NCBI GenBank assembly: GCA_046262915.1
Contig: JBHELW010000312.1
Span: forward strand, 1 to 34,676
DNA: 34,676 bases
Reading direction: 5' to 3'
Source: Mycobacteriales bacterium
GTDB taxonomy: Bacteria > Actinomycetota > Actinomycetes > BP-191
Shown: positions 1-8,985 of the stretch, one piece after another
Layout of the letters: each line of letters begins with the position of its first letter
How positions within the stretch are numbered: the first letter of the stretch is position 1
Made by a program: the position numbers and the translations under genes
The notes under the pieces: model-generated
What the model was told of the DNA's origin: nothing
What the model saw: the letters and a program-made list of their open reading frames with translations, nothing else
Databases searched by the model: none

Positions 1-67
1 GCCCCTCGAGGACGGTGATCGACCTGGCGTCGTAAGCCACTGTGTCGCTGCTCTCCCGCGCTGTCAT
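1..67 (-). CDS. gyrB: DNA gyrase subunit B, 5' end only (continues past the left edge)
   Basis: The reverse complement of 1-67 starts with ATG (65-67) and reads MTARESSDTVAYDARSITVLEG. This matches the conserved GyrB N-terminus (Y-x-A-x-S-I-x-V-L-E-G-L). Its position after recF and DUF721 is the canonical actinobacterial order. It is too short to appear in the ORF track. Confidence 0.75.
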   Translation of the reverse strand, partial: MTARESSDTVAYDARSITVLEG

Positions 68-322
68 CCGCCGGCAACCACCGCAGCGCGGACCTGCGCC
101 GAGCCGGTGGCGGTCGGCGCGCGGGGAAGAAGCCCGGACGCGAGGATGCGTGAGCGGCAAAACGGTCAGCGACGAACTGAGGCCTCGCCACTGCTCTGAA
201 CCGTCTCCATGATACCGGCCCGTTCCAACAGAAACGGCCATTCCCGGGCGCTGTTGACGGTGCTACGCCGGGAATGCGCGGTCGTCGAGCACCCCCACGC
301 GGCAGACCCCCGCCGTGGCGGC

Positions 323-784
323 TCAGCCGTAGGTGTCACGGGGGCCGCGGCCGCCCCGGACCCGCCACCCGCCGGCGCCCGGCCGGGGTCCGCTGCTAGG
401 CCCATGCACGTTGACGCGGCGCACCACAGAGCCGCCCAGCCCGGCGTTGATCCGCTCCACCAGCGGTCGCGCGAGCAGTCGCAGCTGCGTGGCCCAGGCG
501 GTCGACTCCGCGACGAGTGTCAGCTCGCCGTCGACGAGCCGCTCGGGCTCGCAGTGCCCGGCGATGTCCTCACCGACCAGCTCGGGCCAGCGCGCAAGCA
601 GGCCGGCGACACGCACTTCGGTTTGCCACCCGCGCGTCGCGAACAGCCGCTGCACGGCAACGGCGAACGGGACCGGGTCGGCACCGGTCTTCCCCCGCCC
701 GCGCGTACGCCGGATAGCCGCCCGCTTCTCCGCGGCGGCGAGGCGTTCCTCGGTCGTCGGGCGCTTCGGCTCGTCTTCAGACAC
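323..784 (-). CDS. dciA: DUF721 / DciA-like protein (Rv0004-type, putative replicative helicase operator)
   Basis: 153-aa ORF immediately downstream of recF, with an 8-nt overlap. It has a basic N-terminus, a central ...[42 protein letters not shown]... core typical of DUF721, and a Gly/Arg/Pro tail. Synteny is recF-DUF721-gyrB. Confidence 0.8.
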   Translation of the reverse strand: MSEDEPKRPTTEERLAAAEKRAAIRRTRGRGKTGADPVPFAVAVQRLFATRGWQTEVRVAGLLARWPELVGEDIAGHCEPERLVDGELTLVAESTAWATQLRLLARPLVERINAGLGGSVVRRVNVHGPSSGPRPGAGGWRVRGGRGPRDTYG

Positions 785-1904
785 GCGTCACCACTCCGCC
801 TGCGACGTCGTAGCGCGTGCCGGCCAGCTCCACGGGCACGTCGTCAGCCACCGCCGCGGTGACGAGCACCTGCTCGCAGCCGTGCACGCGCTCCGCGAGA
901 CGGTCGCGCCGCTGCGCGTCGAGCTCCGCGAACACGTCGTCGAGCACGAGCACCGGCTCCCCGCCGTCGGCTTGCAACAGGTCGTGCGCGGCGAGCCGCA
1001 GGGCAAGCGCCATCGACCACGACTCGCCCTGGCTCGCGTAACCACGCGCGGGAAACTGACCGATGACGAGGTGCAGCTCGTCACGGTGCGGTCCGACGAG
1101 GCTGACTCCGCGCTCGATCTCCTGCGGGCGCCGCTCGGAGATGCCAGCGAGCAGTGCGGCCGCGAGCAGATCGCGGTCCGCGACGAGCGAGACGTCGGCG
1201 CCGAGCGACGACTTGTACTCCACGCCCGTTGGTCCCCCCCCGCCGGACACTTCGTCGTAGGCCTTGTCGATGAGTGGGCGCAGCGCGTCAACAAGCTCGA
1301 GGCGCGCGGCGAGCAGCTCCGCGCCGTGCTGCGCGAGATGCTCGTCCCATACGTCGAGAGTCCCGAGATCGCCGCCCCCTCGCGCGTGCCGAGCGAGTGC
1401 GACCGTCTTGAGCAGTGAGTTGCGCTGCTTGAGCACGCGCTCGTAGTCCGCCCGTACGGCATGGAACCGCGGTGCGCGCGCCACGAGTAAGTCGTCGAGG
1501 TAGCGCCGGCGGACGTCGGGGTCCGCTCGGACGAGCTGCAGGTCTTCCGGCGCGAACACCACGACGCGCAGTGCCCCGAGCACCTCGCGCGGCCGTGGCA
1601 CCGGTGCCCCGTTCAGCCGAGCCCGGTTCGCGCGCCCAGGGTTGATCTCGAGCTCGACCAGCGTGTCGCGGCCGTCTCGAACGACTGCGCACCGTACGAC
1701 GGCCCGCTCCGCGCCCTCGCGCACCAGCGGCGCGTCGCTGGCGACGCGGTGGCTCGCCATCGTCGCGACGTAAGCCAGCGCCTCGACAAGGTTGGTCTTG
1801 CCCTGACCGTTCGGCCCGATGAACGCCGAGACGCCGCGGTCGAGGACAACGTCCAAAGACGTGTAGCTGCGAAAGTCGCTCAGCGCGAGCCGGCTGACGT
1901 ACAC
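777..1904 (-). CDS. recF: DNA replication and repair protein RecF
   Basis: 375 aa. It has the N-terminal [14 protein letters not shown] motif, a Walker [10 protein letters not shown], and the C-terminal [15 protein letters not shown] and [11 protein letters not shown] signature / Walker B motifs. It lies downstream of dnaN and gnd. Confidence 0.95.
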   Translation of the reverse strand: MYVSRLALSDFRSYTSLDVVLDRGVSAFIGPNGQGKTNLVEALAYVATMASHRVASDAPLVREGAERAVVRCAVVRDGRDTLVELEINPGRANRARLNGAPVPRPREVLGALRVVVFAPEDLQLVRADPDVRRRYLDDLLVARAPRFHAVRADYERVLKQRNSLLKTVALARHARGGGDLGTLDVWDEHLAQHGAELLAARLELVDALRPLIDKAYDEVSGGGGPTGVEYKSSLGADVSLVADRDLLAAALLAGISERRPQEIERGVSLVGPHRDELHLVIGQFPARGYASQGESWSMALALRLAAHDLLQADGGEPVLVLDDVFAELDAQRRDRLAERVHGCEQVLVTAAVADDVPVELAGTRYDVAGGVVTRV

Positions 1905-1905
1905 C

Positions 1906-2835
1906 TCAGGTGGTCGCCGCGCTGGCCTCGACCGCGCTGCGCGCCTCCGCCTCGTGCGCGCTCTCGGCTTCGTGCAGCGCGTGCCCGCCGAACTGGTTGC
2001 GCAAGGTCGCGATCACCTTCATCGCGGGCGATTCCTCCTCGCGCGAGGAGAAGCGCGCGAAGAGCGCACTCGCGATCACGTGCAGCGGCACGGCGAGCCG
2101 GATCGCTTCCTCGACGGTCCAGCGCCCCTCGCCCGAGTCGTCGGCCCAGCCACGCACGGCGTCCAGGCCCGGGTCGGCGGCCAGCCCGCGGGCGAGCAGG
2201 TCCAGCAACCAGGACCGGATGACGGTTCCCGTTCGCCACGACTCGACGATCGCGGCCGGGTCCAGGCCGAACTCGCTCTTCGCCAGCAGCTCGTAGCCCT
2301 CGGCGTAGGCATGCATCAGCCCGTACTCGACGCCGTTGTGCACCATCTTCGTGAAGTGACCGGAGCCGACCGCACCGGCATGCACGAACCCGCCATCCGC
2401 CGGTTTCAGTGCGTCGAAGACGGGCTGCAGCCGAGCGACGTCGGCGTCGGCACCGCCGACCATCAGGGCATAACCCTCGTCGAGCCCCCAGATGCCGCCA
2501 CTGACGCCGGCGTCGACGAACCCGATGGCGCGTTCCGCGAACGCAGCCGCGCGACGTACCGATTCGACGTAGTGGCTGTTGCCGCCGTCAACGACAACGT
2601 CGCCCTCCGACAACAGTCCACTGAGCTCGTCCAGAGTCTGTTGTGTCGGGTCACCGCTCGGCACCATCAGCCATACCGCGCGCGGTGGGTCGAGTGCGGC
2701 CACGAGATCGGCCAGCGACTCGACGTCGCCGCGACTCGGCGTGTGGTCGTAGCCCACGACCTCGTGCCCGGCGCGCCGTAAGCGCTCTGACATGTTCGCG
2801 CCCATGCGGCCGAGGCCGACCATGCCAAGCTTCAC
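1906..2835 (-). CDS. gnd: 6-phosphogluconate dehydrogenase (decarboxylating), short Gnd-like form
   Basis: 309 aa. It has an N-terminal Rossmann motif [15 protein letters not shown], and GNSHY and [16 protein letters not shown] motifs typical of the 6PGDH family. Streptomyces has a gene in the same slot between dnaN and recF. Confidence 0.88.
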   Translation of the reverse strand: MKLGMVGLGRMGANMSERLRRAGHEVVGYDHTPSRGDVESLADLVAALDPPRAVWLMVPSGDPTQQTLDELSGLLSEGDVVVDGGNSHYVESVRRAAAFAERAIGFVDAGVSGGIWGLDEGYALMVGGADADVARLQPVFDALKPADGGFVHAGAVGSGHFTKMVHNGVEYGLMHAYAEGYELLAKSEFGLDPAAIVESWRTGTVIRSWLLDLLARGLAADPGLDAVRGWADDSGEGRWTVEEAIRLAVPLHVIASALFARFSSREEESPAMKVIATLRNQFGGHALHEAESAHEAEARSAVEASAATT

Positions 2836-2876
2836 GCCCGCTCCTTACGTCGGCCAGCAATCTGCCCGACGCTACG

Positions 2877-3995
2877 TCAGCCCGACAGGCGCACCGGCAT
2901 GAGCAGGTAGCGGTAGTCCGCCTCGGTCTCTTTGCCCGTGATGACGGCCGGCTTGATCGGCCCGTTGAACGCGAGCCGGGCAACGTCGGAGTCGATTGCG
3001 GAGAGCCCGTCGAGGAGGTAGCCGGGGTTGAAGGCGATCGTCATTCCTTCGCCGTCATAAGACGCCTCGATGGCCTCCGACGCCTGGGCTTCGTCTCCCG
3101 CCCCGGCGTCGAGGACGAGCTCCTCGCCGTCGAAGGTGAGCCGGATCGGGGTGTTGCGCGTCGCGACGAGCGACACGCGCTTCACCGCCTCGATGAGCGC
3201 GCCGGTGCTCGCGTGCGCGACGGACGCGAACTCGTCGGGGATGAGCGATCGGTACTTCGGGAACTCGCCCTCGAGCAGCCGGGTCGTCGTCCGCCGGGAG
3301 CCGCCGGCGAAACCGACCATGCCCTCACCCTGCGCGCCGCTGCCGAGCGCGATGGCGACCTCCGCGCCAGTGGACGCCAGTGTCTTCGCCGCATCGGCGA
3401 GCGTCTTCGCGGGGATCAACGCAGTCGCCGGGTTGTCCGCGGCTTCCGGCCGCCACTTCAGGTCGCGGACGGCGAGCCGGTAGCGGTCGGTCGCGGCGAG
3501 CGTGAGCTGCTCGCCGTCGATCTCCACCCGGATCCCAGTGAGCACCGGCAGCGTGTCGTCCCGCCCGGCGGCAACCGCAACTTGGCCCACTGCAGCGGCG
3601 AACGCGTCGCTCGCGATGCGACCCGCAGCGGGCGGCATCGGCGGCAGCGCGGGGTAGTCCTCCACCGCGAGCGTCGGCAACGTGAATCGCGCCGACCCGC
3701 ACGTCAGCACGACGCGCGCGCCATCGGTCGCCAGCTGAACCGGCGCCGCCGGCAGGCTGCGGGTGATGTCGGCCAACAACCGGCCGGAAACGAGCGCGCG
3801 GCCGGCCTCGTCGGTGTCCGCCGACAGGGTCGCCTCGGCCGACACCTCGTAGTCGAACCCCGACAGCCGGAGCGCGTCGGCGCTCACATCGAGGAGCAGA
3901 CCGGCAAGCACCGGGACCGGCGGCCGCACCGGCAGCGTGCGCGCGGTCCACGCCACGGCGTCGGCGAACTCATCGCGCTCAACCCGGAACTTCAT
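2877..3995 (-). CDS. dnaN: DNA polymerase III beta sliding clamp
   Basis: 372 aa. It has an MKFRVERDEFADAVAWTAR N-terminus and a three-domain-length protein ending ...YLLMPVRL. It lies directly downstream of dnaA and oriC. Confidence 0.95.
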   Translation of the reverse strand: MKFRVERDEFADAVAWTARTLPVRPPVPVLAGLLLDVSADALRLSGFDYEVSAEATLSADTDEAGRALVSGRLLADITRSLPAAPVQLATDGARVVLTCGSARFTLPTLAVEDYPALPPMPPAAGRIASDAFAAAVGQVAVAAGRDDTLPVLTGIRVEIDGEQLTLAATDRYRLAVRDLKWRPEAADNPATALIPAKTLADAAKTLASTGAEVAIALGSGAQGEGMVGFAGGSRRTTTRLLEGEFPKYRSLIPDEFASVAHASTGALIEAVKRVSLVATRNTPIRLTFDGEELVLDAGAGDEAQASEAIEASYDGEGMTIAFNPGYLLDGLSAIDSDVARLAFNGPIKPAVITGKETEADYRYLLMPVRLSG

Positions 3996-4292
3996 GGTGT
4001 GCCACCTCTCACCGCGGCGCCCGAGGGTCCCGCGCTGGCCTGATGCCGGTAGTTAGTTCTTTGTTGAGTAAAGAGAGAGAAAGGAATCGTCATAGGCGCT
4101 GTCGTTCTGGGGGTAACCGACATCAGCCCACGTCAGCGGGTTGCTGAGCTGACTTCGAGCCTGTGCATGTCGACGGTACGGCGGCAGGCTGACCCATGCT
4201 GTCCCCGGCCCGTCCCCGGCCGTCCCAAGGGGTGCCCGCGATGATCCACACGGTTGTCCCCAGGTTGTGCACGCCAAGATCACGTCGTCCCG
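3996..4292. other. Candidate chromosomal replication origin (oriC) in the dnaA-dnaN spacer
   Basis: The spacer contains the only strongly AT-rich tract I saw in the window (about 4051-4095, agttagttctttgttgagtaaagagagagaaaggaatcgtcatagg). It also has three adjacent DnaA-box-like 9-mers: TGATCCACA (4242-4250), TTGTCCCCA (4254-4262) and TTGTGCACG (4265-4273). These compare with the actinobacterial consensus TTGTCCACA. In Streptomyces and Mycobacterium oriC lies between dnaA and dnaN. Confidence 0.7.
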
Positions 4293-5702
4293 TCACGCCG
4301 TCCGGCTCCGCATCTTGATGCGGTTCGTGAGCTCGGTGACCTGGTTGTAGATCGAGCGTCGCTCGGCCATCAGGCCACGAATCTTGCGGTCTGCGTGCAT
4401 GACGGTCGTGTGGTCGCGTCCGCCGAACGTCTGGCCGATCTTCGGCAGGGATAGGTCGGTCAGCTCACGGCACAGGTACATCGCGATCTGGCGCGCGGTC
4501 ACTAGCACCCGAGACCGGGACGACCCACACAGGTCTTCCATCGAGAGGCCGAAGTACGTCGCCGTCGCAGCCATGATCGTCGCCGCGGTGATCTCAGGGC
4601 CGCCGTGGTCGGGGATCAAGTCCTTAAGCACGACCTCGGCGAGCGCGAGGTCGACCGGCGCGCGGTTGAGGCTGGCGAACGCCGTGACGCGGATCAGCGC
4701 ACCCTCGAGCTCACGGATGTTGGACAGGATCTTGCTGGCGATGTACTCGAGCACCTCCGGCGACGCCGCCAGCCGCTCCTGCGCCGCCTTCTTCCGCAGG
4801 ATCGCGATCCGCGTCTCCAGGTCGGGCGGCTGCACGTCAGTGATCAGGCCCCACTCGAAGCGGTTGCGCAAGCGATCCTCGAGTGTCGACAGCTGCTTCG
4901 GCGGCCGATCCGAGCTGATGACGATCTGCTTGTTCGCGTTGTGCAACGTGTTGAAGGTGTGGAAGAACTCCTCCTGCGTGCGCTCCTTGTTCTCCAAGAA
5001 CTGGATGTCGTCGACGAGCAGGATCTCGTTGTCGCGGTAGCGCCGCTGGAAGACCCCGGCCTTGTCGTCGCGAATCGAGTTGATGAAGTCGTTCGTGAAC
5101 TCCTCGGAGCTCACGTAGCGGACGCGCGCGCCATTGAACACACTCTGCGCGTAGTGCCCGATCGCATGCAGCAGGTGCGTCTTGCCCAGACCCGACTCGC
5201 CGTAGATGAACAACGGGTTGTAGGCCTTCGCGGGTGCTTCCGCGACGGCGACTGCGGCCGCGTGGGCGAAGCGGTTGCTGGCACCGATGACGAACGTCTC
5301 GAACGTGTACTTCGGGTTCAGCCGCGCGGGCTCGGCTGCGCGCCCCGGGGAGCGGTCGCGCCCGGTGCCGCCGGCGGGCCAGGTGACGGGCTCCGACTCG
5401 GTCGGTTCCTCGACGGGCTCCGCGGCCGGCTCGGGCTCTGGCAGCGGCTGCACCGTGACGGCGACCTGGATCTCGCGACCGAGCTGCTCGGAGAGTGCCG
5501 CGGCGATGAGCGGGCGGTAGCGCGTGTCGAGCAGGTCCTTGGTGAACTCGTTCGGTGCCGCCAACAGTGCGGTGTCTTCGACCAAGCCGAGCGGGCGGGT
5601 CAGGCTGATCCACGCGCGGTTCTGCGCTGTCATCGCGCCATCGGTCAGGCCGTCGAGGCAGCGGGTCCACACCGCGACGAGGTCGACGTTTTGCTCGGAC
5701 AC
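4293..5702 (-). CDS. dnaA: Chromosomal replication initiator protein DnaA
   Basis: It has a AAA+ Walker [12 protein letters not shown], a box VII region, and the C-terminal DNA-binding signature [16 protein letters not shown]. The ORF-track ORF extends to 5867. I place the start at GTG 5702 ([12 protein letters not shown]...), which is preceded by GGAAGGA about 9 nt upstream. The extension overlaps DnaA boxes and has a non-DnaA-like, Trp/Pro-rich sequence. Confidence 0.93.
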   Translation of the reverse strand: MSEQNVDLVAVWTRCLDGLTDGAMTAQNRAWISLTRPLGLVEDTALLAAPNEFTKDLLDTRYRPLIAAALSEQLGREIQVAVTVQPLPEPEPAAEPVEEPTESEPVTWPAGGTGRDRSPGRAAEPARLNPKYTFETFVIGASNRFAHAAAVAVAEAPAKAYNPLFIYGESGLGKTHLLHAIGHYAQSVFNGARVRYVSSEEFTNDFINSIRDDKAGVFQRRYRDNEILLVDDIQFLENKERTQEEFFHTFNTLHNANKQIVISSDRPPKQLSTLEDRLRNRFEWGLITDVQPPDLETRIAILRKKAAQERLAASPEVLEYIASKILSNIRELEGALIRVTAFASLNRAPVDLALAEVVLKDLIPDHGGPEITAATIMAATATYFGLSMEDLCGSSRSRVLVTARQIAMYLCRELTDLSLPKIGQTFGGRDHTTVMHADRKIRGLMAERRSIYNQVTELTNRIKMRSRTA

Positions 5703-5752
5703 CGGCGAGGGTCCTTCCACTTGCGGCGGCGGGAAAGGCCAGGTCCGACGCA

Positions 5753-5984
5753 TCGTCCACACGTTCGTCCACATCCTGTGCACGGGATGCGGAAACCCGG
5801 TGCGCCAAATGGCGTATTGGCCAGCGCCGAAGAAATTGACCCCGGCCGAACTTCCGGCCGTCGCCATGTCGCACCCGAGCGGGTGCGTCAGGAGGGTCGC
5901 CGCGACGAACGCGGCGGGGCGGGGAAGCCTCGGCGGCGCGGGACGTTATCAGCGGCCCCTGGGGACGACAAGAGGTTCTCCACA
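5753..5984. promoter_or_regulatory. DnaA-box cluster in the dnaA upstream (autoregulatory) region
   Basis: Boxes are TCGTCCACA (5753-5761), TCGTCCACA (5765-5773) and TTCTCCACA (5976-5984), each 8/9 to TTGTCCACA. All lie in the rpmH-dnaA divergent spacer. Confidence 0.55.
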
Positions 5985-6114
5985 GATGCGCGCGCGCCGC
6001 TACGCCGGCCGGTTGCTGCCCGACCGACTGCTCCCGTATCGTGGCGCCAAGCGCGTCGGTCGACGCTCGCCGCCTTGCGCGGCAACGCCCCACCTTTTTC
6101 TCGCGGAGTCCGCT

Positions 6115-6252
6115 TTGAGCAAGCGCACGTTCCAGCCAAACAACCGCCGCCGGGCAAAGACGCATGGGTTTCGCCTGCGGATGCGCACGCGAGCCGGTCG
6201 TGCCATCCTCGCCGCCCGGCGCGCCAAGGGGCGCCGGGAGCTGTCGGCCTGA
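6115..6252 (+). CDS. rpmH: 50S ribosomal protein L34
   Basis: The tail of ORF 5524..6252 reads (L)[44 protein letters not shown], a near-consensus L34. The start is an in-frame TTG at 6115, with GCGGAG 7-12 nt upstream. Confidence 0.9.
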   Translation: MSKRTFQPNNRRRAKTHGFRLRMRTRAGRAILAARRAKGRRELSA

Positions 6253-6257
6253 CCACG

Positions 6258-6602
6258 TTGCTCCCCCGCGCCGCCCGACTGCGTCATGGCCGTGACTTTC
6301 GCGCCGTGCTGCGGCGCGGCCGACGGATCACCCGCGACCCGCTCGTCGTCGTCGTGCTGACGGACTTCGTCGCCGCTGGCGGCCCCCGAGCCGGCCTCGT
6401 CGTCAGCCGGAAGGTCGGCCCGGCCGTCGTGCGCAACCAGGTCCGCCGCCGTCTTCGCGCCGTCCTCGCCGCCCGGCTCCCGGTTTTGCCCGCTGGCTCT
6501 GCTGTCGTAGTACGCGCTTTGCCCGCGGCCGCCGCAGCCACCAGTGCGGAGCTCGGCGACCGGCTCGACGCGGCGTTCCAGCAGTTGGCTGCCGCCGCAT
6601 GA
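6258..6602 (+). CDS. rnpA: Ribonuclease P protein component
   Basis: The last ~115 codons of the artefactual 665-aa ORF 4605..6602 read LLPRAARLRHGRDFRAVLRRGRRITRDPLVVVVL...SRKVGPAVVRNQVRRRLR, the RnpA signature. The likely start is TTG 6258 (CTG 6249 is also possible), immediately after rpmH. Confidence 0.85.
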   Translation: MLPRAARLRHGRDFRAVLRRGRRITRDPLVVVVLTDFVAAGGPRAGLVVSRKVGPAVVRNQVRRRLRAVLAARLPVLPAGSAVVVRALPAAAAATSAELGDRLDAAFQQLAAAA

Positions 6603-6895
6603 GTGTTACGGAAACTTGGCCAAACGGCATTCTCGTTACGCCGGAGCGCGCCGTCGTCAGCCGCGGCGCACGGGTTGCGCTACGCGTGATCGCGCGCTAC
6701 CGCCGATGGGTCAGCCCGCTGCTCGGCGCCCACTGCCGGTTCCACCCGACCTGCAGCGCCTACGCGGCGGACGCGATCCGCGTCCACGGCCTGGGGCGGG
6801 GGCTGACTCTCTCCGTGCGCCGGCTCGCCCGCTGCCACCCGTGGCACGCCGGCGGGGTGGATCACGTGCCTGAACGGAGAGTGCAGCCGTGCTGA
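6599..6895 (+). CDS. yidD: Membrane protein insertion efficiency factor YidD
   Basis: It contains YRRWVSPLLGAHCRFHPTCSAYAADAIRVHG and RLARCHPWHAGGVDHVP, the YidD hallmark. It has an ATGA overlap with the rnpA stop. The true start may be further in. Confidence 0.85.
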   Translation: MSVTETWPNGILVTPERAVVSRGARVALRVIARYRRWVSPLLGAHCRFHPTCSAYAADAIRVHGLGRGLTLSVRRLARCHPWHAGGVDHVPERRVQPC

Positions 6896-7818
6896 GGCCC
6901 TTTGAGGAGCTGATCGCCCAGTCCATCGCCGGGCTGCAGCGGTTGGTGTCGTTCCTGGGGCCGAACTGGTCGTGGGCGGTGGCGATCGTGCTGCTCACCG
7001 CCGCGGTGCGGCTCCTGCTCTTCCCGCTGTTCGTCAAGCAGATCAAGGCGCAGCGGGCGATGCAGACGCTGCAGCCGAAGATCAAGGCGCTCCAGGCCAA
7101 ACACAAGGGCGACAAGGAGACGCTGAACCAAGAGATGATGAAGCTGTACAAAGAGCACGGCACGAACCCGCTGTCCGGGTGCCTGCCGATCTTGCTGCAG
7201 CTGCCGATCTTTTTCGCGCTGTTCCGGGTGCTGCGCAGCTTCACCCCGACGCTTGTCGACGGCGCCTACCAGTTCAAGGCGGCCTACGGGCTGCACCAGC
7301 ACACAATCGAGTCCGCGGGCCGGGCGAAGATCTTCGAGGCGCCGATCGCCAGCTCGTTCCGGTCGCCCGCGCATCTCATCGACTCGCTCCACGGGTCGGC
7401 CGGCGCAGTGAAGGCCGTCGCTGTCGTGCTTCTCGTGCTGATGGCCGTGACCACCTTCATTACGCAGAAGCAGGTGATGGCCAAGGCGGCGCCGACCGAC
7501 GGCCAACAGGCGAGCCAGCAGAAGGTGCTGCTCTACGCCATGCCGCTGATGCTGGCGCTCTTCGGGTTCTCCGTGCCATTGGGCGTGCTCATCTACTGGA
7601 CGACGACGAACATCTGGAGCATGGCCCAGCAGTCGTTCGTTATTGGGCGCCTCGGCCCGCACACGCCAGGCGGCTCGGCGGCGACCGCCACGGCGAGCCC
7701 GCCGTCGCCCACTCCGCCCCGTCCGGTCACGGGCGGCGCGAACGGCCGCGCGGCCGCGTCGCGCCCAAGCCGCAACAAGAGGCGAGCGAAGGGAGGCCGG
7801 CGTGGCGGACGACGCTGA
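6889..7818 (+). CDS. yidC: Membrane protein insertase YidC (short actinobacterial form)
   Basis: 309 aa. It has the conserved ...MQTLQPKIKALQAKHKGDKETLNQEMMKLYKEHGTNPLSGCLPILLQLPIFFALF... region, multiple TM segments and a basic Arg/Lys C-terminal tail. Confidence 0.92.
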   Translation: MLRPFEELIAQSIAGLQRLVSFLGPNWSWAVAIVLLTAAVRLLLFPLFVKQIKAQRAMQTLQPKIKALQAKHKGDKETLNQEMMKLYKEHGTNPLSGCLPILLQLPIFFALFRVLRSFTPTLVDGAYQFKAAYGLHQHTIESAGRAKIFEAPIASSFRSPAHLIDSLHGSAGAVKAVAVVLLVLMAVTTFITQKQVMAKAAPTDGQQASQQKVLLYAMPLMLALFGFSVPLGVLIYWTTTNIWSMAQQSFVIGRLGPHTPGGSAATATASPPSPTPPRPVTGGANGRAAASRPSRNKRRAKGGRRGGRR

Positions 7819-8341
7819 CGTCATCGACACCGAGGCCCCCGCCGCCGACACGTCGGCCGAGCAGCCGGACCGGCTCGCCGTACTCGAGCACGAGGGCGAG
7901 ATCGCGGCCGACTACCTCGAGGGTCTGCTCGACATCTTCGACCTGGACGGCGACCTCGACCTCGATGTCGAGGGCGACCGGGCGAGCGTCGCGATCGTCG
8001 GCTCTGGGCTGGGCGCGCTCGTCGGGCCGCGCGGCACGACGCTGGAGGCGCTACAGGAGCTCACCCGGCTCGCCGTGCTGACGAAGACCGGGGAGCGCAG
8101 CCGCCTCATGCTCGACGTGGGCGGCCACCGGGCGCGCCGCCGCGACGAGCTCACCCGGCTCGCGCAGGACGCCGGGCAGCGGGTGGCAGCGTCGGGCACG
8201 GCGGAGACGTTGACGCCAATGACCGCCTTCGAGCGCAAGGTGGTCCACGACGCCATCGCCGAGATGGCCGGGGTCCGCAGCGAGTCCGAGGGCGAGGACC
8301 CCGACCGGCGCGTGGTGATCCTCCCGGACGGCGGCGCCTGA
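7802..8341 (+). CDS. jag: Jag-type KH/R3H domain RNA-binding protein
   Basis: The start is a GTG at 7802, preceded by AGGGAGG, and it overlaps the yidC 3' end. It has an acidic N-terminus, a KH-like GPRGTTLEALQELTRL segment, and an R3H motif (ERKVVHDAIAEMAGVRSESEGEDPDRRVVI). It follows yidC as in other bacteria. Confidence 0.85.
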   Translation: MADDADVIDTEAPAADTSAEQPDRLAVLEHEGEIAADYLEGLLDIFDLDGDLDLDVEGDRASVAIVGSGLGALVGPRGTTLEALQELTRLAVLTKTGERSRLMLDVGGHRARRRDELTRLAQDAGQRVAASGTAETLTPMTAFERKVVHDAIAEMAGVRSESEGEDPDRRVVILPDGGA

Positions 8342-8400
8342 CCGACGCCGCCGGCGCGGCGCCACCCGCCGCAGCGGCGGTCTTCGGCGTACGGCTCCCA

Positions 8401-8985
8401 TTGGCCATCCGCTACGGCGAGCTGCTGGCGACGACCGGCGTGGCGCACGGCGTGGTCGGGCCACGCGAGGCGGTCCGCGTCTGGGAGCGCCATCTCCTCA
8501 ACTGCGCGGTCGTGGCCGAGCTCGTGCCTGCTGAGGCAGCGCTCGCCGACATCGGCAGCGGCGCTGGCCTGCCCGGGATCCCGCTGGCGATCGCCCGCCC
8601 CGACCTGCGGGTTGTGTTGGTCGAGCCGCTGCTCCGGCGCAGCGCGTTCCTCACCCTCGCGGTCGACGAGCTCGGCCTGCAGAACGCCAGCGTCCGGCGG
8701 GAGCGGGCCGAGGACCTCCCGCGCCGGTCGTTCGACGCCGCGACCGCCCGCGCGGTGGCGCCGCTGGGGCGGCTGTGTGAGCTCGCGCTGCCAACCGTGC
8801 GGCCGGGCGGCTTACTCCTGGCGATCAAGGGGGCGGCCGCGCCGGACGAGCTCGCGGACGCGCAGGTCACGCTCCGCACGCTCGGCGCGGCGGAGGCGAC
8901 GGTCGTGCTGGCCGGGGTGGGCGTGGTAGAACCGCCGACACGGGTGGTAATGGTGCGCGCGGGCTTGCGGGGGAGAGCGCGGTGA
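8401..8985 (+). CDS. rsmG: 16S rRNA (guanine527-N7)-methyltransferase RsmG/GidB
   Basis: It has the GPREAVRVWERHLLNCAVV motif and the SAM-binding motif DIGSGAGLPGIPLAI. Coordinates are the ORF-track TTG start. The conserved N-terminal segment (AAAAVFGVRLPLA) is encoded upstream, so the true start is probably non-canonical, near 8338 (CTG). Confidence 0.88.
   Translation: MAIRYGELLATTGVAHGVVGPREAVRVWERHLLNCAVVAELVPAEAALADIGSGAGLPGIPLAIARPDLRVVLVEPLLRRSAFLTLAVDELGLQNASVRRERAEDLPRRSFDAATARAVAPLGRLCELALPTVRPGGLLLAIKGAAAPDELADAQVTLRTLGAAEATVVLAGVGVVEPPTRVVMVRAGLRGRAR

Noticed and set aside
68-322. ORFs 166..405 (minus) and 209..862 (plus) in and around the dciA-gyrB spacer
   Set aside because: They are Arg/Pro/Gly/Ala-rich with no motifs, and they overlap dciA in other frames. 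The region is best read as the gyrB promoter/leader spacer. A weak CCGTT/AACGG stem near 209-232 is too short to call a terminator.
4199-4229. Tandem CGTCCCCGGC repeat in the oriC spacer
   Set aside because: There are only about three short degenerate copies. They could be weak DnaA-box-like elements (xGTCCCCxx), but the run is too short to call as a repeat family. I mention it under oriC only.
5703-5867. N-terminal 55-codon extension of dnaA from the longest-ORF model
   Set aside because: It contains two DnaA boxes and has an atypical Trp/Pro-rich sequence. GTG 5702 has a good SD and yields a canonical DnaA N-terminus.
4605-6602. 665-aa plus-strand ORF covering dnaA antisense, the dnaA-rpmH spacer and rnpA
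   Set aside because: Only the last ~115 codons (from about 6258) encode a recognisable protein, RnpA. The rest is antisense to dnaA and crosses the rpmH gene in another frame.
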